DNA of 64,000 nucleotides from a virus. The DNA is taken from positions 26,281 to 90,280 of the IMG/VR virus record IMGVR_UViG_3300037264_003220. One strand, written 5' to 3'. The position numbers were made by a program, and so were the translations under genes. The notes below the pieces were generated by a model. It ran no database searches, was not told the origin of the DNA, and worked only from the letters and a program-made list of their open reading frames with translations. Of this stretch, positions 19,808 through 29,673 are shown piece by piece; positions within the stretch are counted from its first letter, which is position 1; each line of letters begins with the position of its first letter.

Positions 19808-22800
19808 TAAACTTCCTCCACCCATTCCACAACATAACTAAAGTTCCCACCTGTAACGGTGACTCCATTAAAGTTGACGGCTACCCCTTCTCCCGCGCCG
19901 CGCAAAGTAATAGCTTTATCTGGTTTAAGAGCCAAAAATAAATCATAAGGCGGAGAAGTCGTAGCGCCAGATGAGCCAGGTGCGACAGCTGGAATCATCA
20001 TGCGGTATGACGCTGTTGTCCCGACTGCCGCGCCAAGCCCAGTCGGATTAGCCGTATAAGAACGAACTGTTGCCGTGGCTGCCGCATCTGTCGAATCATG
20101 CGAGACAGCTGTTTGCAAAGCAGATGTCCCACCCGTGTTCACGGCGGAACGTTTAATTAAACGCACATCTTCAATGCTTTGAGTTGTTTGCGAACCAGAT
20201 ATGGCAATTCGCATAATGCGAATAGTTTTTGTTGCAGACCCATAAATCGTAAACACATCTGTTGCTGTTGCCGCAGAAGCAATGCTGGGAGCAGAAGCGG
20301 AATACGTAACTTGTTCTGACGTGCCTTGCAAAGCAACCTTTAAACTGCCCGCTTGCGTCAATGCTCGCGGTAACGCTTCAACAACTGGGCACAGCGCAGT
20401 CAATAATCTCAAATAAGTTGTCGCTATCGCTCCATTATTCGTTACCAATATTCTGAAATATAAACACACGGCTTGAAATGTCCTGCCGTCTCCAATTCCA
20501 GCTCGCGGAGTGAATGAATCAACAATATCCCAATTAACATTGTCGGTTGATTGTTGAACTTGAATAGTGCAATCCTGGCTCGCAATGAAATTAATTTGTA
20601 TCCCAGAAATTCCTACAGTTGTTTCACCAGCGCCTGTAAAAGTAGCCCCAGCAGCCAAATTTGCAGTAGAGTTATTAGATTGAGATGTTTCAACATCCTG
20701 AGTAATGCCAACAGCTAAATAACGATTGTTGTTCCGAACTATCCCTTCCATATACCCAACGCCATCTGTCACTCGAACAGGCAAATAATTTAAAGCAGAA
20801 AGCGTTAAACCATTTACAAGTGTCAAGTTTTCAGGAATCGCTGTTTGGTCTGCGGCAACGACAACAGGTAAAGACCCGCTCATTGCTTTTTGCCCATTTG
20901 TAAGACCAATAACGGCAGACGAAACAATGGTGGTAAGTTGACTGACCTGCTGCGATTCATAAAGTTGAATCGTCGTCAATTGAGACACTTCAAGTGCCAC
21001 GGCAGCATTCAAATTACTTAACTGCGTTATCTCTTGAGACATTAAAACATTGGCTGTTAATCCATTTACGACCTGTTGACTATTGGACGAATTCAATGTG
21101 CTGAGTTGGGCAACTTCTTGAGCCAATGTCGTATTGATTGTCGTTAATTGAGTTATTTCTAAAACTACGGCAGCGTTAAGATTTGAAAGCTCAGTGACTT
21201 CTTGACTCGATAAAACTATTTGAGCCGCTTGAGCTGACGCCGTTGCCACGGAAGTATTAAGAGTTGACAATTGAGCCACTTGTTGACTTTCATAAAGTTG
21301 GATGGTTGTGAGCTGCCCCACTTCAACGGACACAGCCATATTTAAGTTAGAAAGTTGAGTAATTTGTTGAGAAACAAGAATATTTTCAGCACTCTCAAAA
21401 CCAGTGTTTGAAATAATTTGAGATAGCTGAGAGACCTCTTGAGCCAACAAAGAGACCTGGTTATCGCTGGACGTGTTCAATGTTGAAAGCTGAGCAACCT
21501 CTTGGACTAAAGTCGTATTGACAGTCGTTAATTGAGAAACCTCTAAAGCAACGGCTAAATTGAGATTGGTTAATTGATTAACCTGTTGAACCATCAAATA
21601 AACATCCGAATCTGGCGTCGTCAAAAGTTGTGATAACTGAGAAACTTCTTGCGCTCCATATAATTGCAATGTCGATAATTGAGTTATCTCCTGAGATAAA
21701 TAGGGACGAGTGTCGATTGATGGAGACCCCGTATTGGTCATAATCTGAGACAACTGAGAAATTTCCTGGGAGCCGTATAGTTCAAGCGTTGTCATTTGAG
21801 TCACAACGTTTGACAGCCTGGCATCAATCGAAGTCAATTGCGAAACCTGTTGAGCCTCGTAAATTCCAATCGTGGTCAGTTGAGCCACTTCCAGAGAAAC
21901 AGACACCTCAAGATTGCTGAGTTGACCAACTTGCTGAGCGCCATAAAGCTCAAGCGTTGATAATTGAGTTATTTCCTGAGCTAAATAAGGGCGAATGTCG
22001 ACTTGAGAAACGCCAGTGTTGGCGATAATTTGAGAAAGCTGCCCTACCTCTTGAACCAATAAAGTTGTCTGAGCATCTTGTTTATTTTGAACTTGCGTAA
22101 GCTGTCCGACCTGCTGCGATTCATAAAGTTCGATTGTCGTTAATTGAGTAACGACAGTGGACAGGCGCCCATCAATACTGGTCAATTGCGCGACCTGTTC
22201 GTACTCATACAGACCGATAGTCGTCAATTGACTAACTTCTAAAACAACGGAAACATTCAAATCGTTGAGTTGTGAGATTTGTTGAGAGCCATAAAATTCA
22301 ATCGTGGAAAGCTGAGAAACTTGCTGATTTAAGATGGGCCTCGTATCAATATCGGCTACGCCAGTGTTGGTGATAATTTGACTTAATTGTGAAATTTCAT
22401 GAGATAATAATACGGTCTGGTCTTGCTGGTTTGTTTCGACCTGAGAAAGTTGAGCAACCTGTTGATTGGCGACAACAACAATATTGGTTAAACCGTCTTG
22501 AAGTGATTCTGTTGTAGATTTAATTTTGTCGAAAGTTTGAGTAAATCCATCGGCAATGGTGGCGATAGAAACGCGATTCAATAATTCCAATTCATCCGTA
22601 TTAAGATTTATGCTGTCGACGTTAATAGACAGCCCAGCCAATGATTGCAGGATGCTTAACTGAGTCGCTTCTGTAGAAACGCGAATTTGAATATCGGACA
22701 ATTGACCGACTTCTTGAGTCAATAATAAAGATATGTCACTTAATTGACTGACTTGCTGAATCGTCCCAGTAGTTTCGACCGCTATTTTATTAAGCGCATC

Positions 22801-22917
22801 CGAATCTTCCTGAGATAAATTGACAGTGCCTACTCTCGCCGATATTTCTCTGCCAGTTGTGCCGTCGGCATTATGAATATTGACATCGTTGCCGCCTGTT
22901 ATTCCACCAAAACTCAT
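19807..22917 (-). CDS. Long fibre/whisker-like protein with 14-residue Q-[EQ]-[VI]-x-Q-L-[ST] repeats and C-terminal beta domains
   Basis: Dozens of QEVSQLS/QQVSQLT repeats. Start at MSFGG (22917) by ATGA overlap. Confidence 0.6.
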   Translation of the reverse strand: MSFGGITGGNDVNIHNADGTTGREISARVGTVNLSQEDSDALNKIAVETTGTIQQVSQLSDISLLLTQEVGQLSDIQIRVSTEATQLSILQSLAGLSINVDSINLNTDELELLNRVSIATIADGFTQTFDKIKSTTESLQDGLTNIVVVANQQVAQLSQVETNQQDQTVLLSHEISQLSQIITNTGVADIDTRPILNQQVSQLSTIEFYGSQQISQLNDLNVSVVLEVSQLTTIGLYEYEQVAQLTSIDGRLSTVVTQLTTIELYESQQVGQLTQVQNKQDAQTTLLVQEVGQLSQIIANTGVSQVDIRPYLAQEITQLSTLELYGAQQVGQLSNLEVSVSLEVAQLTTIGIYEAQQVSQLTSIDARLSNVVTQMTTLELYGSQEISQLSQIMTNTGSPSIDTRPYLSQEITQLSTLQLYGAQEVSQLSQLLTTPDSDVYLMVQQVNQLTNLNLAVALEVSQLTTVNTTLVQEVAQLSTLNTSSDNQVSLLAQEVSQLSQIISNTGFESAENILVSQQITQLSNLNMAVSVEVGQLTTIQLYESQQVAQLSTLNTSVATASAQAAQIVLSSQEVTELSNLNAAVVLEITQLTTINTTLAQEVAQLSTLNSSNSQQVVNGLTANVLMSQEITQLSNLNAAVALEVSQLTTIQLYESQQVSQLTTIVSSAVIGLTNGQKAMSGSLPVVVAADQTAIPENLTLVNGLTLSALNYLPVRVTDGVGYMEGIVRNNNRYLAVGITQDVETSQSNNSTANLAAGATFTGAGETTVGISGIQINFIASQDCTIQVQQSTDNVNWDIVDSFTPRAGIGDGRTFQAVCLYFRILVTNNGAIATTYLRLLTALCPVVEALPRALTQAGSLKVALQGTSEQVTYSASAPSIASAATATDVFTIYGSATKTIRIMRIAISGSQTTQSIEDVRLIKRSAVNTGGTSALQTAVSHDSTDAAATATVRSYTANPTGLGAAVGTTASYRMMIPAVAPGSSGATTSPPYDLFLALKPDKAITLRGAGEGVAVNFNGVTVTGGNFSYVVEWVEEV

Positions 22918-24191
22918 ACGGTTCCTCCATTTGCATAAATCTGCAAATTCGTCGTCACTGTAGTTGTGACGTATATTTTTTCCGCGTTCTGCCAATTAAA
23001 ATCAAATTGACCCTTAAACACGGGAATCGGCGTACTCAATGTTGAATTAAATTTCACAGATACTGGCTGCGACACCGACAAATAAACATCCTGCATCCGT
23101 GCGCCAAAATCATAAAGAACGTCCGTTAATCCAGCTGCCTGAGTCGCCTCATTTACATAATACTTTCCATGAGGCGAAGCGATAGTGACACTAACAGAAA
23201 GCCCTTCCAAAGTTTGCAGGACGCTCAACTGCGTCACTTCTTGATTTAACGTCGTTGAACTAAAGTTGAAACACAGTCCCTGCAAATCTTGAAGGATGCT
23301 CAACTGCGTCACTTCCTGAGCCAAAGAAGGAGCGTCAAAATTGATGCACAATCCTTCCAACTCTTGAAGAATACTCAGTTGCGTCGTTTCTTGAGCCAAT
23401 GCCGGAGAGTCAAATGTCAATCCTTGCAGCTGGCTTAAAATACTAAGCTGAGTGACCTCAGTTGAAACACGAATTTGAATATCTGAAAGTTGAGTCACTT
23501 CTTGAGATAAAAGACTCTCAACGCTTAAAGACTGTTGACGAATAAGACTCTCCAATGTGCTCAACTGCGTCACTTCCTGGGCGACCAAAGTAATAATATT
23601 GGTCAACCCTTCGAGCAGCTCAAGCTTCATGTCAGTCAATCCGTCTTGAATGGAGATAGTGGACGATTGCATGGTCGCCAACATGAGCGTTATTCCATCG
23701 GCAACCGTGGCAGTGTTAAGCCTCATCAATAATTCAAGCTCGTCCGTGTTGACATCAATCTTCCCAATATTGATGCACAGCCCGTTTAAGGCACTTATAA
23801 TGTTTGTCATGCCTTCGCTATTGGAAACAATCAGCTTATCCAAAAGCGCAATTTGTGTAAGCTGGCTAGATTCCTGAGCCAACGTCGGACTTTCAACGCT
23901 CAGGCTCCACATCCCATCCGCATTTGGTAATGCTTCAAGGTCATGCTTTAACCCTTGAGTGTCAATTCCCTGAATAATAACTTTGCCAATGGTGATTGGC
24001 GGCAGCGAAATTTCCGTATTAACCGTCAGCGCGTATTGGTCTGTGGTTCCGTCGACCAACGCAACTTGCAGCGGGACAATCACTCCATCAGAGCGCTGCC
24101 CCGCCAATACAGAAACCCATTCCGAGTCTGCGCTCCTCGGAAAGTGTTTCTTATTGAGATTCGGATGCCATTCAGGGAATGTTTCTGACAA
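22914..24191 (-). CDS. Shorter paralogous fibre-like protein with QEVTQLS repeats
   Basis: Shares [IL]N[VI]..I.[LV]NTDELELL.R...AT[IV]ADG and the repeats with the 19807..22917 protein. Confidence 0.6.
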   Translation of the reverse strand: MSETFPEWHPNLNKKHFPRSADSEWVSVLAGQRSDGVIVPLQVALVDGTTDQYALTVNTEISLPPITIGKVIIQGIDTQGLKHDLEALPNADGMWSLSVESPTLAQESSQLTQIALLDKLIVSNSEGMTNIISALNGLCINIGKIDVNTDELELLMRLNTATVADGITLMLATMQSSTISIQDGLTDMKLELLEGLTNIITLVAQEVTQLSTLESLIRQQSLSVESLLSQEVTQLSDIQIRVSTEVTQLSILSQLQGLTFDSPALAQETTQLSILQELEGLCINFDAPSLAQEVTQLSILQDLQGLCFNFSSTTLNQEVTQLSVLQTLEGLSVSVTIASPHGKYYVNEATQAAGLTDVLYDFGARMQDVYLSVSQPVSVKFNSTLSTPIPVFKGQFDFNWQNAEKIYVTTTVTTNLQIYANGGTV

Positions 24192-24192
24192 T

Positions 24193-26652
24193 TTAGGCTA
24201 CTCCTGCTGGTTCAAGTTTTTGCTGTTGAATCTTTTGAAGCATGGCGTCAGTAGCCTTCAAGTTATCTTCGATTTTTTTAACATGAGACGAATGGCTATT
24301 GGAACTAATAGCTTCTTTGGCTTTCACAAAAGCGTCTTTCGCTTCCACGTATTTACCTTTGTTGAAAAGAATGACTCCGATATCGTTCCAGGCTCCCCAC
24401 AGTTTCGGGTCAAGCTCCACCGTCTTTTGATACAACACAAAAGCTTCGTCATATTTTTTGTTGTGATAAAGATGAATCGCGCGAATAAAATAAGGACGTG
24501 GGTCTTTGGGAGTCAGTTCACACTGGCGCTCCGCCAAAGCGTAATACCAGTCATGCTTGGCTGTCAAAGAATGCTTCTCTTTCAAATATCCGAAGTGGTA
24601 AAGAGGAACCTGCGTTCGCACTATGTTTACCTTTCTTGATTTCCCCATCTCAGCCAAGCTATCGTCAATGTCCTCATGAACGAGCCGCGTGTAAAATATG
24701 CGCGGGTCATTCACGAACATGCGTAGCGTCTCTGACAAAACCCAATTGGCATCCCACCCATTCTCGAATGGATTGGCTTGGTAATTCCGAATCGGAACCA
24801 AATAAGCGTCGACGTTCTCTACTTGCGCCAATTTCCATACATTTAAAAGATGGTCTTTAGGCACGATTTCGTCTGCATCAAGCCTCAAAATCCATGGTTT
24901 TGTACAGGCTCTTATGGCAGCGTTCCGTGGCTCTGAAAAGCCCTTAGACGGGATATCCCATGGAAACTCGACAACGCGGGCGCCCAGAGACTTGGCAATT
25001 TCTATGGTCTTATCCGTGCTGCCTGTGTCGCACACCACAACCTCATCTACAATAGGCAGGGCGCTTTGAATTGCCTGCGCTATGTTCTTTTCCTCATTCT
25101 TAGCCATGATAGATAGACTGATTTGGTTATAGCGAGGCAGTTTAGACCGCCAATCCTTAAATTTCGTTATTTCGTCAGCCAAACGCTTTTCTTCTTCTTC
25201 GGCTCGTTTAGCTTTCACCTCTGGGGACTCAACCAAGTTCTCCGGCTTCTCCAAATGGTCAGGAGTGAAATATGTGTCAGCCCAGAGCTTATAGCCTGCG
25301 CACATCGCACGCACACAGAAATCCCTGTCTTCGCCGCGAACGTTGCTGGGGAGGTTTTGAACGCGGCTGTATCCAACGCCACGGCTGATAGGCTCTCTGC
25401 CAATCAAGGTGCAGGCGCCGAGACCTCCAACAGGATACGTCCCAGGGCGTTTTAACATGGATAGGAACTCAGCATTGATTTCATACCCGCCACGAATCCA
25501 CACATTGGGGAGTGGCTGCGCATCTTTATGTCCCCAAGTTGCCCAAAATACTTCGGACACGATAGGGCGCTCCAGACCAACCAAATGCTTAAGCAAGCGC
25601 GGGTGTTTCATCACGATATCCGAATCCACCATGAACACGGCTTCGGATTGGAATCTATCTAAAGAGCCAAGCACGCGATTACGCATGAAAGCCATATTCG
25701 CCAGCTTCTGGTCTTCCCAGGAATGCTCTTTATCGCTGGCGTTCCCAAAATTAATGGTCTCTATTTCAACAAGCTTGTAAACCTTGTCTTTGCTCTCTGC
25801 CCACTTCTTCAATATCTCAAACGTGCCATCCTGAGAGTCATTGACGATAAAATAGAAGCTCAATTTTTCCTTTGGGTAATCCAGCAAGTCCATCCCAGCC
25901 AAAAATTTATCAATGACCCATTCACGGTTGCGAACCAATGAAGCCACGACAATGTTGGGCCATTCAATTTCATTTCTGAATGGCTTTAATTGAGCTGGCT
26001 TAAATATGCTATGGGCGTGCTCAAGATTGATGCCAGTCGCTCTCTGCAAGTAAAACTCATATTTACGTTCTTTATCTTTATCGTCAGCCCATCCCCAATG
26101 ATTCAAAAACAAATCAGAGCGAGCCATGCCGCGCATTGATTGAGACACGTAAGACGGCACGCACCCGCAATGAATGTTGCCAGCGTACCCAAATGGTTTA
26201 TCCTGATAACGGAACAAACGCGTAATCAGAGGACTCCAATAGCCATCTGTGCGATATTCGGTTTCATTCCACATGTCCAATAAGCGAACCGAGTACCAGT
26301 CATATTCCGTGGTCTTGATAAGCTCAGGCAATTCTTTAATAAAGCTGTCACTGAAGGTTTCATCGGCATCCTGACTGATTATCCAATCACCGTCTTTGGC
26401 GAAGCTTTTAGTCATCTCCCATTGCGTATTGCGTAGTTTGGATTCGTCTATTCCAAACATGGATTGCTCATATTGAGACGTGAAAAATTTGACCTTGGGA
26501 TACGACCGACACAATGATTCAGTCTTCCCGCCGTCATCGCTCTTGTCATCTAAAACAAGAATCAGGTCGGCAAACGCTGACGCGTTGTCAAGCATCCGCT
26601 TCAAATATCTCTCGCTTTCATTTCTTACCAACAGTTGAACTATGACACTCAT
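24193..26652 (-). CDS. Multi-domain glycosyltransferase (three GT-A/GT2-like domains plus TPRs)
   Basis: DxD motifs WIISQDADE, MVDSDIV and WILRLDADE; VVCDTGSTDKT; GEDRDFC; HFGY; C-terminal TPR helices. Confidence 0.9.
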   Translation of the reverse strand: MSVIVQLLVRNESERYLKRMLDNASAFADLILVLDDKSDDGGKTESLCRSYPKVKFFTSQYEQSMFGIDESKLRNTQWEMTKSFAKDGDWIISQDADETFSDSFIKELPELIKTTEYDWYSVRLLDMWNETEYRTDGYWSPLITRLFRYQDKPFGYAGNIHCGCVPSYVSQSMRGMARSDLFLNHWGWADDKDKERKYEFYLQRATGINLEHAHSIFKPAQLKPFRNEIEWPNIVVASLVRNREWVIDKFLAGMDLLDYPKEKLSFYFIVNDSQDGTFEILKKWAESKDKVYKLVEIETINFGNASDKEHSWEDQKLANMAFMRNRVLGSLDRFQSEAVFMVDSDIVMKHPRLLKHLVGLERPIVSEVFWATWGHKDAQPLPNVWIRGGYEINAEFLSMLKRPGTYPVGGLGACTLIGREPISRGVGYSRVQNLPSNVRGEDRDFCVRAMCAGYKLWADTYFTPDHLEKPENLVESPEVKAKRAEEEEKRLADEITKFKDWRSKLPRYNQISLSIMAKNEEKNIAQAIQSALPIVDEVVVCDTGSTDKTIEIAKSLGARVVEFPWDIPSKGFSEPRNAAIRACTKPWILRLDADEIVPKDHLLNVWKLAQVENVDAYLVPIRNYQANPFENGWDANWVLSETLRMFVNDPRIFYTRLVHEDIDDSLAEMGKSRKVNIVRTQVPLYHFGYLKEKHSLTAKHDWYYALAERQCELTPKDPRPYFIRAIHLYHNKKYDEAFVLYQKTVELDPKLWGAWNDIGVILFNKGKYVEAKDAFVKAKEAISSNSHSSHVKKIEDNLKATDAMLQKIQQQKLEPAGVA

Positions 26653-27362
26653 TTTAAGTCTCCTTTCATTTTTTCGATTTTCAATTCCTCTAATATCACT
26701 GACGTGGTTACTGATTTGGCATGTTCCAAATCAAAACCAACTGCTCTACCGTCGAGATAAAATTTTTGTTTAGCCAGTCTCTTGGCTTCGTCCGCCCAGC
26801 CCCAATGAATAATTTTCACGTCACGTCGCTCTATGCCATTGTGACTTTGCAAGATGTATTGCGGCAACAATGGAATATGATTAACGCCAGCGGGCAAATT
26901 TGCTGGTTCATCTTGATATCTAAAAAATATCTCTTTGACCGGAGACCACATGCCGTCCACGCGAAAATGTGTTGGCGACCACATGTCTAAAATTCTGAAT
27001 CTATACCAGTCATAAATTCCTTTGGTTAGGTCGTCGACGACCTGAGCAAATGATTTATCCATTTCTTCGTCGGCGTCAAGAACGAGAATCCAGTCGCCCT
27101 TCTTCGCCACTTCACGAACTTTCTCCCATTGGACTTCACGCAACTTCGGTTCATTGATAGGGTACATGGACACATCAAACGAGGATTCATGAAAAATAAC
27201 TTTTGGGTATGATTTAAAGAGAAACTTTGTCGCGCCTCCGTCGTTGCTTTTATCATCCAGTACCACAAAAGAATCAACAATGTCTCGAACGGATTCCAAC
27301 ACTCGCTCAATATAAGGCGAATGGGCTTCGTTCTTCACTATCATAGTGGCTATAATCGACAT
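26649..27362 (-). CDS. Glycosyltransferase family 2
   Basis: VKNEA, VLDDKSNDG, WILVLDADE, IIHWGWA; paralogous to domain 1 of the 819-aa GT. Confidence 0.88.
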   Translation of the reverse strand: MSIIATMIVKNEAHSPYIERVLESVRDIVDSFVVLDDKSNDGGATKFLFKSYPKVIFHESSFDVSMYPINEPKLREVQWEKVREVAKKGDWILVLDADEEMDKSFAQVVDDLTKGIYDWYRFRILDMWSPTHFRVDGMWSPVKEIFFRYQDEPANLPAGVNHIPLLPQYILQSHNGIERRDVKIIHWGWADEAKRLAKQKFYLDGRAVGFDLEHAKSVTTSVILEELKIEKMKGDLK

Positions 27363-27992
27363 TTATTTCTCCACGGCAAAAGCATAAACCGCTAATTGGT
27401 CAACGTGGCAATCAACATCATATTCGCGGCTACGCAAAACATCCACTGGCATGACGGGATTGACGCCAAGGTTCTTGGCGAACCTGACAAAGTTATCCAA
27501 CGAAAAATCATACGGACTTGGTTCGATGCTGACATCCACAGTCAAATAGAATTTTCCACCAGGTTTTATCACTCTCATACATTCATTAAATGGAATCATG
27601 GGGTCGTCGCCAACATGCTCCAAAACGCTGATACAAAATGCAGCATCAAAACTGCAATCTTGGAACGGCATTTTTCTTATGTCGGCAACGCACGCAGAAA
27701 GGTTGGCAATCTCTTTCTCGTGCACGACCACGGCTGAGTCAATATCCACGTTAATGACTTGCTTGGCTTTTTTGCACAGGTACTTTTGAAGCACGGAATG
27801 TCCGGCGCCAGCATCAAGAACTTTATGAGTTTCATTCAACCAATTACTTTGAATAATCGCCCAAGGATATTCGACTTGTCTACTCCATGCTAAGCGACCA
27901 TGATTTAAAATTTCTAAATCAGATTTAATTTTTATGAAATCTGGGTCACTCAACCACGTTTTCAACATAAATCCATGATTCATTATTTTCAT
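27363..27992 (-). CDS. Class I SAM-dependent methyltransferase
   Basis: VLDAGAG, ADIRKMPFQDCSFD, CISVLEH, RVIKPGG. Confidence 0.9.
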   Translation of the reverse strand: MKIMNHGFMLKTWLSDPDFIKIKSDLEILNHGRLAWSRQVEYPWAIIQSNWLNETHKVLDAGAGHSVLQKYLCKKAKQVINVDIDSAVVVHEKEIANLSACVADIRKMPFQDCSFDAAFCISVLEHVGDDPMIPFNECMRVIKPGGKFYLTVDVSIEPSPYDFSLDNFVRFAKNLGVNPVMPVDVLRSREYDVDCHVDQLAVYAFAVEK

Positions 27993-28744
27993 TTGCTTAA
28001 CCTTTTAATGAGACAATCACGAAAATTTGACTTATTTAGCTCGTGTTCCCAAATAACCTTACAATTAAACCCATATCGTTTAAATGCTGCCACTCTTTGT
28101 TGACGATTATTTTTTATCCCGCCAACTCCGCCATTGGGATAACATTTTTGACAACCATGCCAATAACAACCAAAAAGCTCAACGACTTCTTTCTTCCCAT
28201 TTACATTGACGAAATCTGGATTCATCCATCCAACGGTAAAGCTACCATCGCCGACATATTTATATGGCAAATTGGCGTCGTCAATAATTTTTTGCAATTC
28301 TAGTTCCGTCTTATTCGGCTTCATAGAAAACTTGCCATCATTCATCATTTGCGCCGCCACTTCTCTATGAAGCTTCATCATGGTTTTACTTTTATGAAAC
28401 TTTTTCATTTTCAAAAGTTCTTCTTTTGTATGCTTGCGACCAAAGGTCGGACTTTTACTGCCAGACAAGCCATACATAGGGTTATTTTTTCCAATTTTCA
28501 ATTCAGAGATTCTTTTCAATCGAGAATCTGTTTCTTTAGTAAGACCATAATTCCACAATTTTTTCCCATAAGACGGATTATCTTTCCCGAACATCACATG
28601 CTTATTTTTTCTCATGCGTTCTTTCGTTGCTTCACTGTGCTTCTTCCCATAAAAAGAATTATCAGCGCCCATCCTTGAAACAGAAATACGCTTCATGCCA
28701 GGATGTAAATCCTTTGTAATTCCTTTATTCCAAGCTATTCGCAT
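27989..28744 (-). CDS. Vsr/DUF559-like endonuclease with NUMOD3-type repeats
   Basis: WNKGITK, YGKKHSEATKERM; MNPDFVNVNGKKEVVELFGCYWHGC...VIWEHE. Confidence 0.85.
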   Translation of the reverse strand: MRIAWNKGITKDLHPGMKRISVSRMGADNSFYGKKHSEATKERMRKNKHVMFGKDNPSYGKKLWNYGLTKETDSRLKRISELKIGKNNPMYGLSGSKSPTFGRKHTKEELLKMKKFHKSKTMMKLHREVAAQMMNDGKFSMKPNKTELELQKIIDDANLPYKYVGDGSFTVGWMNPDFVNVNGKKEVVELFGCYWHGCQKCYPNGGVGGIKNNRQQRVAAFKRYGFNCKVIWEHELNKSNFRDCLIKRLSK

Positions 28745-28747
28745 TAT

Positions 28748-29632
28748 TTATTCTATGACGTTAAGCTCGTGCGCCCAGAATGCGCCTTCTTTCCCGTCAT
28801 TCCACTTTATCGCGAAAGAGCCATCCTTGTTTTTCTTCTGAACTGTCCCAATGGCGTTTCCTTTGGCAACTTTAGCAAGACGAGTCACGGGCTTATATCC
28901 TTCTTCTTTTGGAACGGAGAATGAGGCTTTCTTTTCCATCTGCGGAACACTGAGAACGCTCAAAACGGCGCTCGCGATACGCAAAGACGTTTCCCGCTTC
29001 TTATTTGTTTCAATGAATTCATCCAAAGATGTTTTGTCTGAAACAGCGCCAAACTTTTTGAAAGAACAAAATTCTTTCGCATTGGCTTTGAGATAAAACG
29101 GACACGGCTCGTCTCCGCTTGTTCCCCTGCACGCTTTCACTTCAATCTTACTGGTGTCGATAGGACAGGTAACGCATTCAGCTTTCAACTCAGCAAACAC
29201 TTCAATCCCTGGTCTGGCTTTCTGGGCATTCTCAATTTGCACAAGAGAGAATCCGGCTTCCCAATCCAAGTCAAGAATCTTCGCTTTGCGATTACCATAT
29301 TTCTTGGCAATGTATGCCAAAACTTCCTTACCAATAACATTCGCGTCCCATTTGGTATTATTGGCATCTTTCAAATCCCACTGCGCAGCTACAAACAACG
29401 AATCGTCCTGCGACGAATAATGAGACCATTGTTCAGTCACCTTCCCAGCATCGACCGCCATGTATTCCTGCGGCTCATTCTGAGGTCTGGCTTCCCATAT
29501 GGTTTTTGCCGTATTCCACTTCCATGTTTTACCAGCCCCAGCATCGGTCATCGGTTTTGGAACGGCTGGCTTATCTGCCACCCTTGTGTGTCTTTGCTCC
29601 TTTATTTGTTGGAGCCTATCTTTAATATTCAT
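28748..29632 (-). CDS. Hypothetical head-associated protein (Cys cluster, C-terminal SH3-like domain)
   Basis: RVA/RIA/KKA/KVA motifs; C-terminal GTVQKK...FAIKWNDG..G.FWAHEL. Confidence 0.45.
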   Translation of the reverse strand: MNIKDRLQQIKEQRHTRVADKPAVPKPMTDAGAGKTWKWNTAKTIWEARPQNEPQEYMAVDAGKVTEQWSHYSSQDDSLFVAAQWDLKDANNTKWDANVIGKEVLAYIAKKYGNRKAKILDLDWEAGFSLVQIENAQKARPGIEVFAELKAECVTCPIDTSKIEVKACRGTSGDEPCPFYLKANAKEFCSFKKFGAVSDKTSLDEFIETNKKRETSLRIASAVLSVLSVPQMEKKASFSVPKEEGYKPVTRLAKVAKGNAIGTVQKKNKDGSFAIKWNDGKEGAFWAHELNVIE

Positions 29633-29673
29633 TGTGTGTTCCTCCTCCTCGATTTAAAACTACGATACGACGA

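Noticed and set aside
19807-24191. Diversity-generating retroelement or DNA tandem-repeat array
   Set aside because: The repeats are protein-level with synonymous divergence. I saw no reverse transcriptase and no adenine-specific TR/VR pair.
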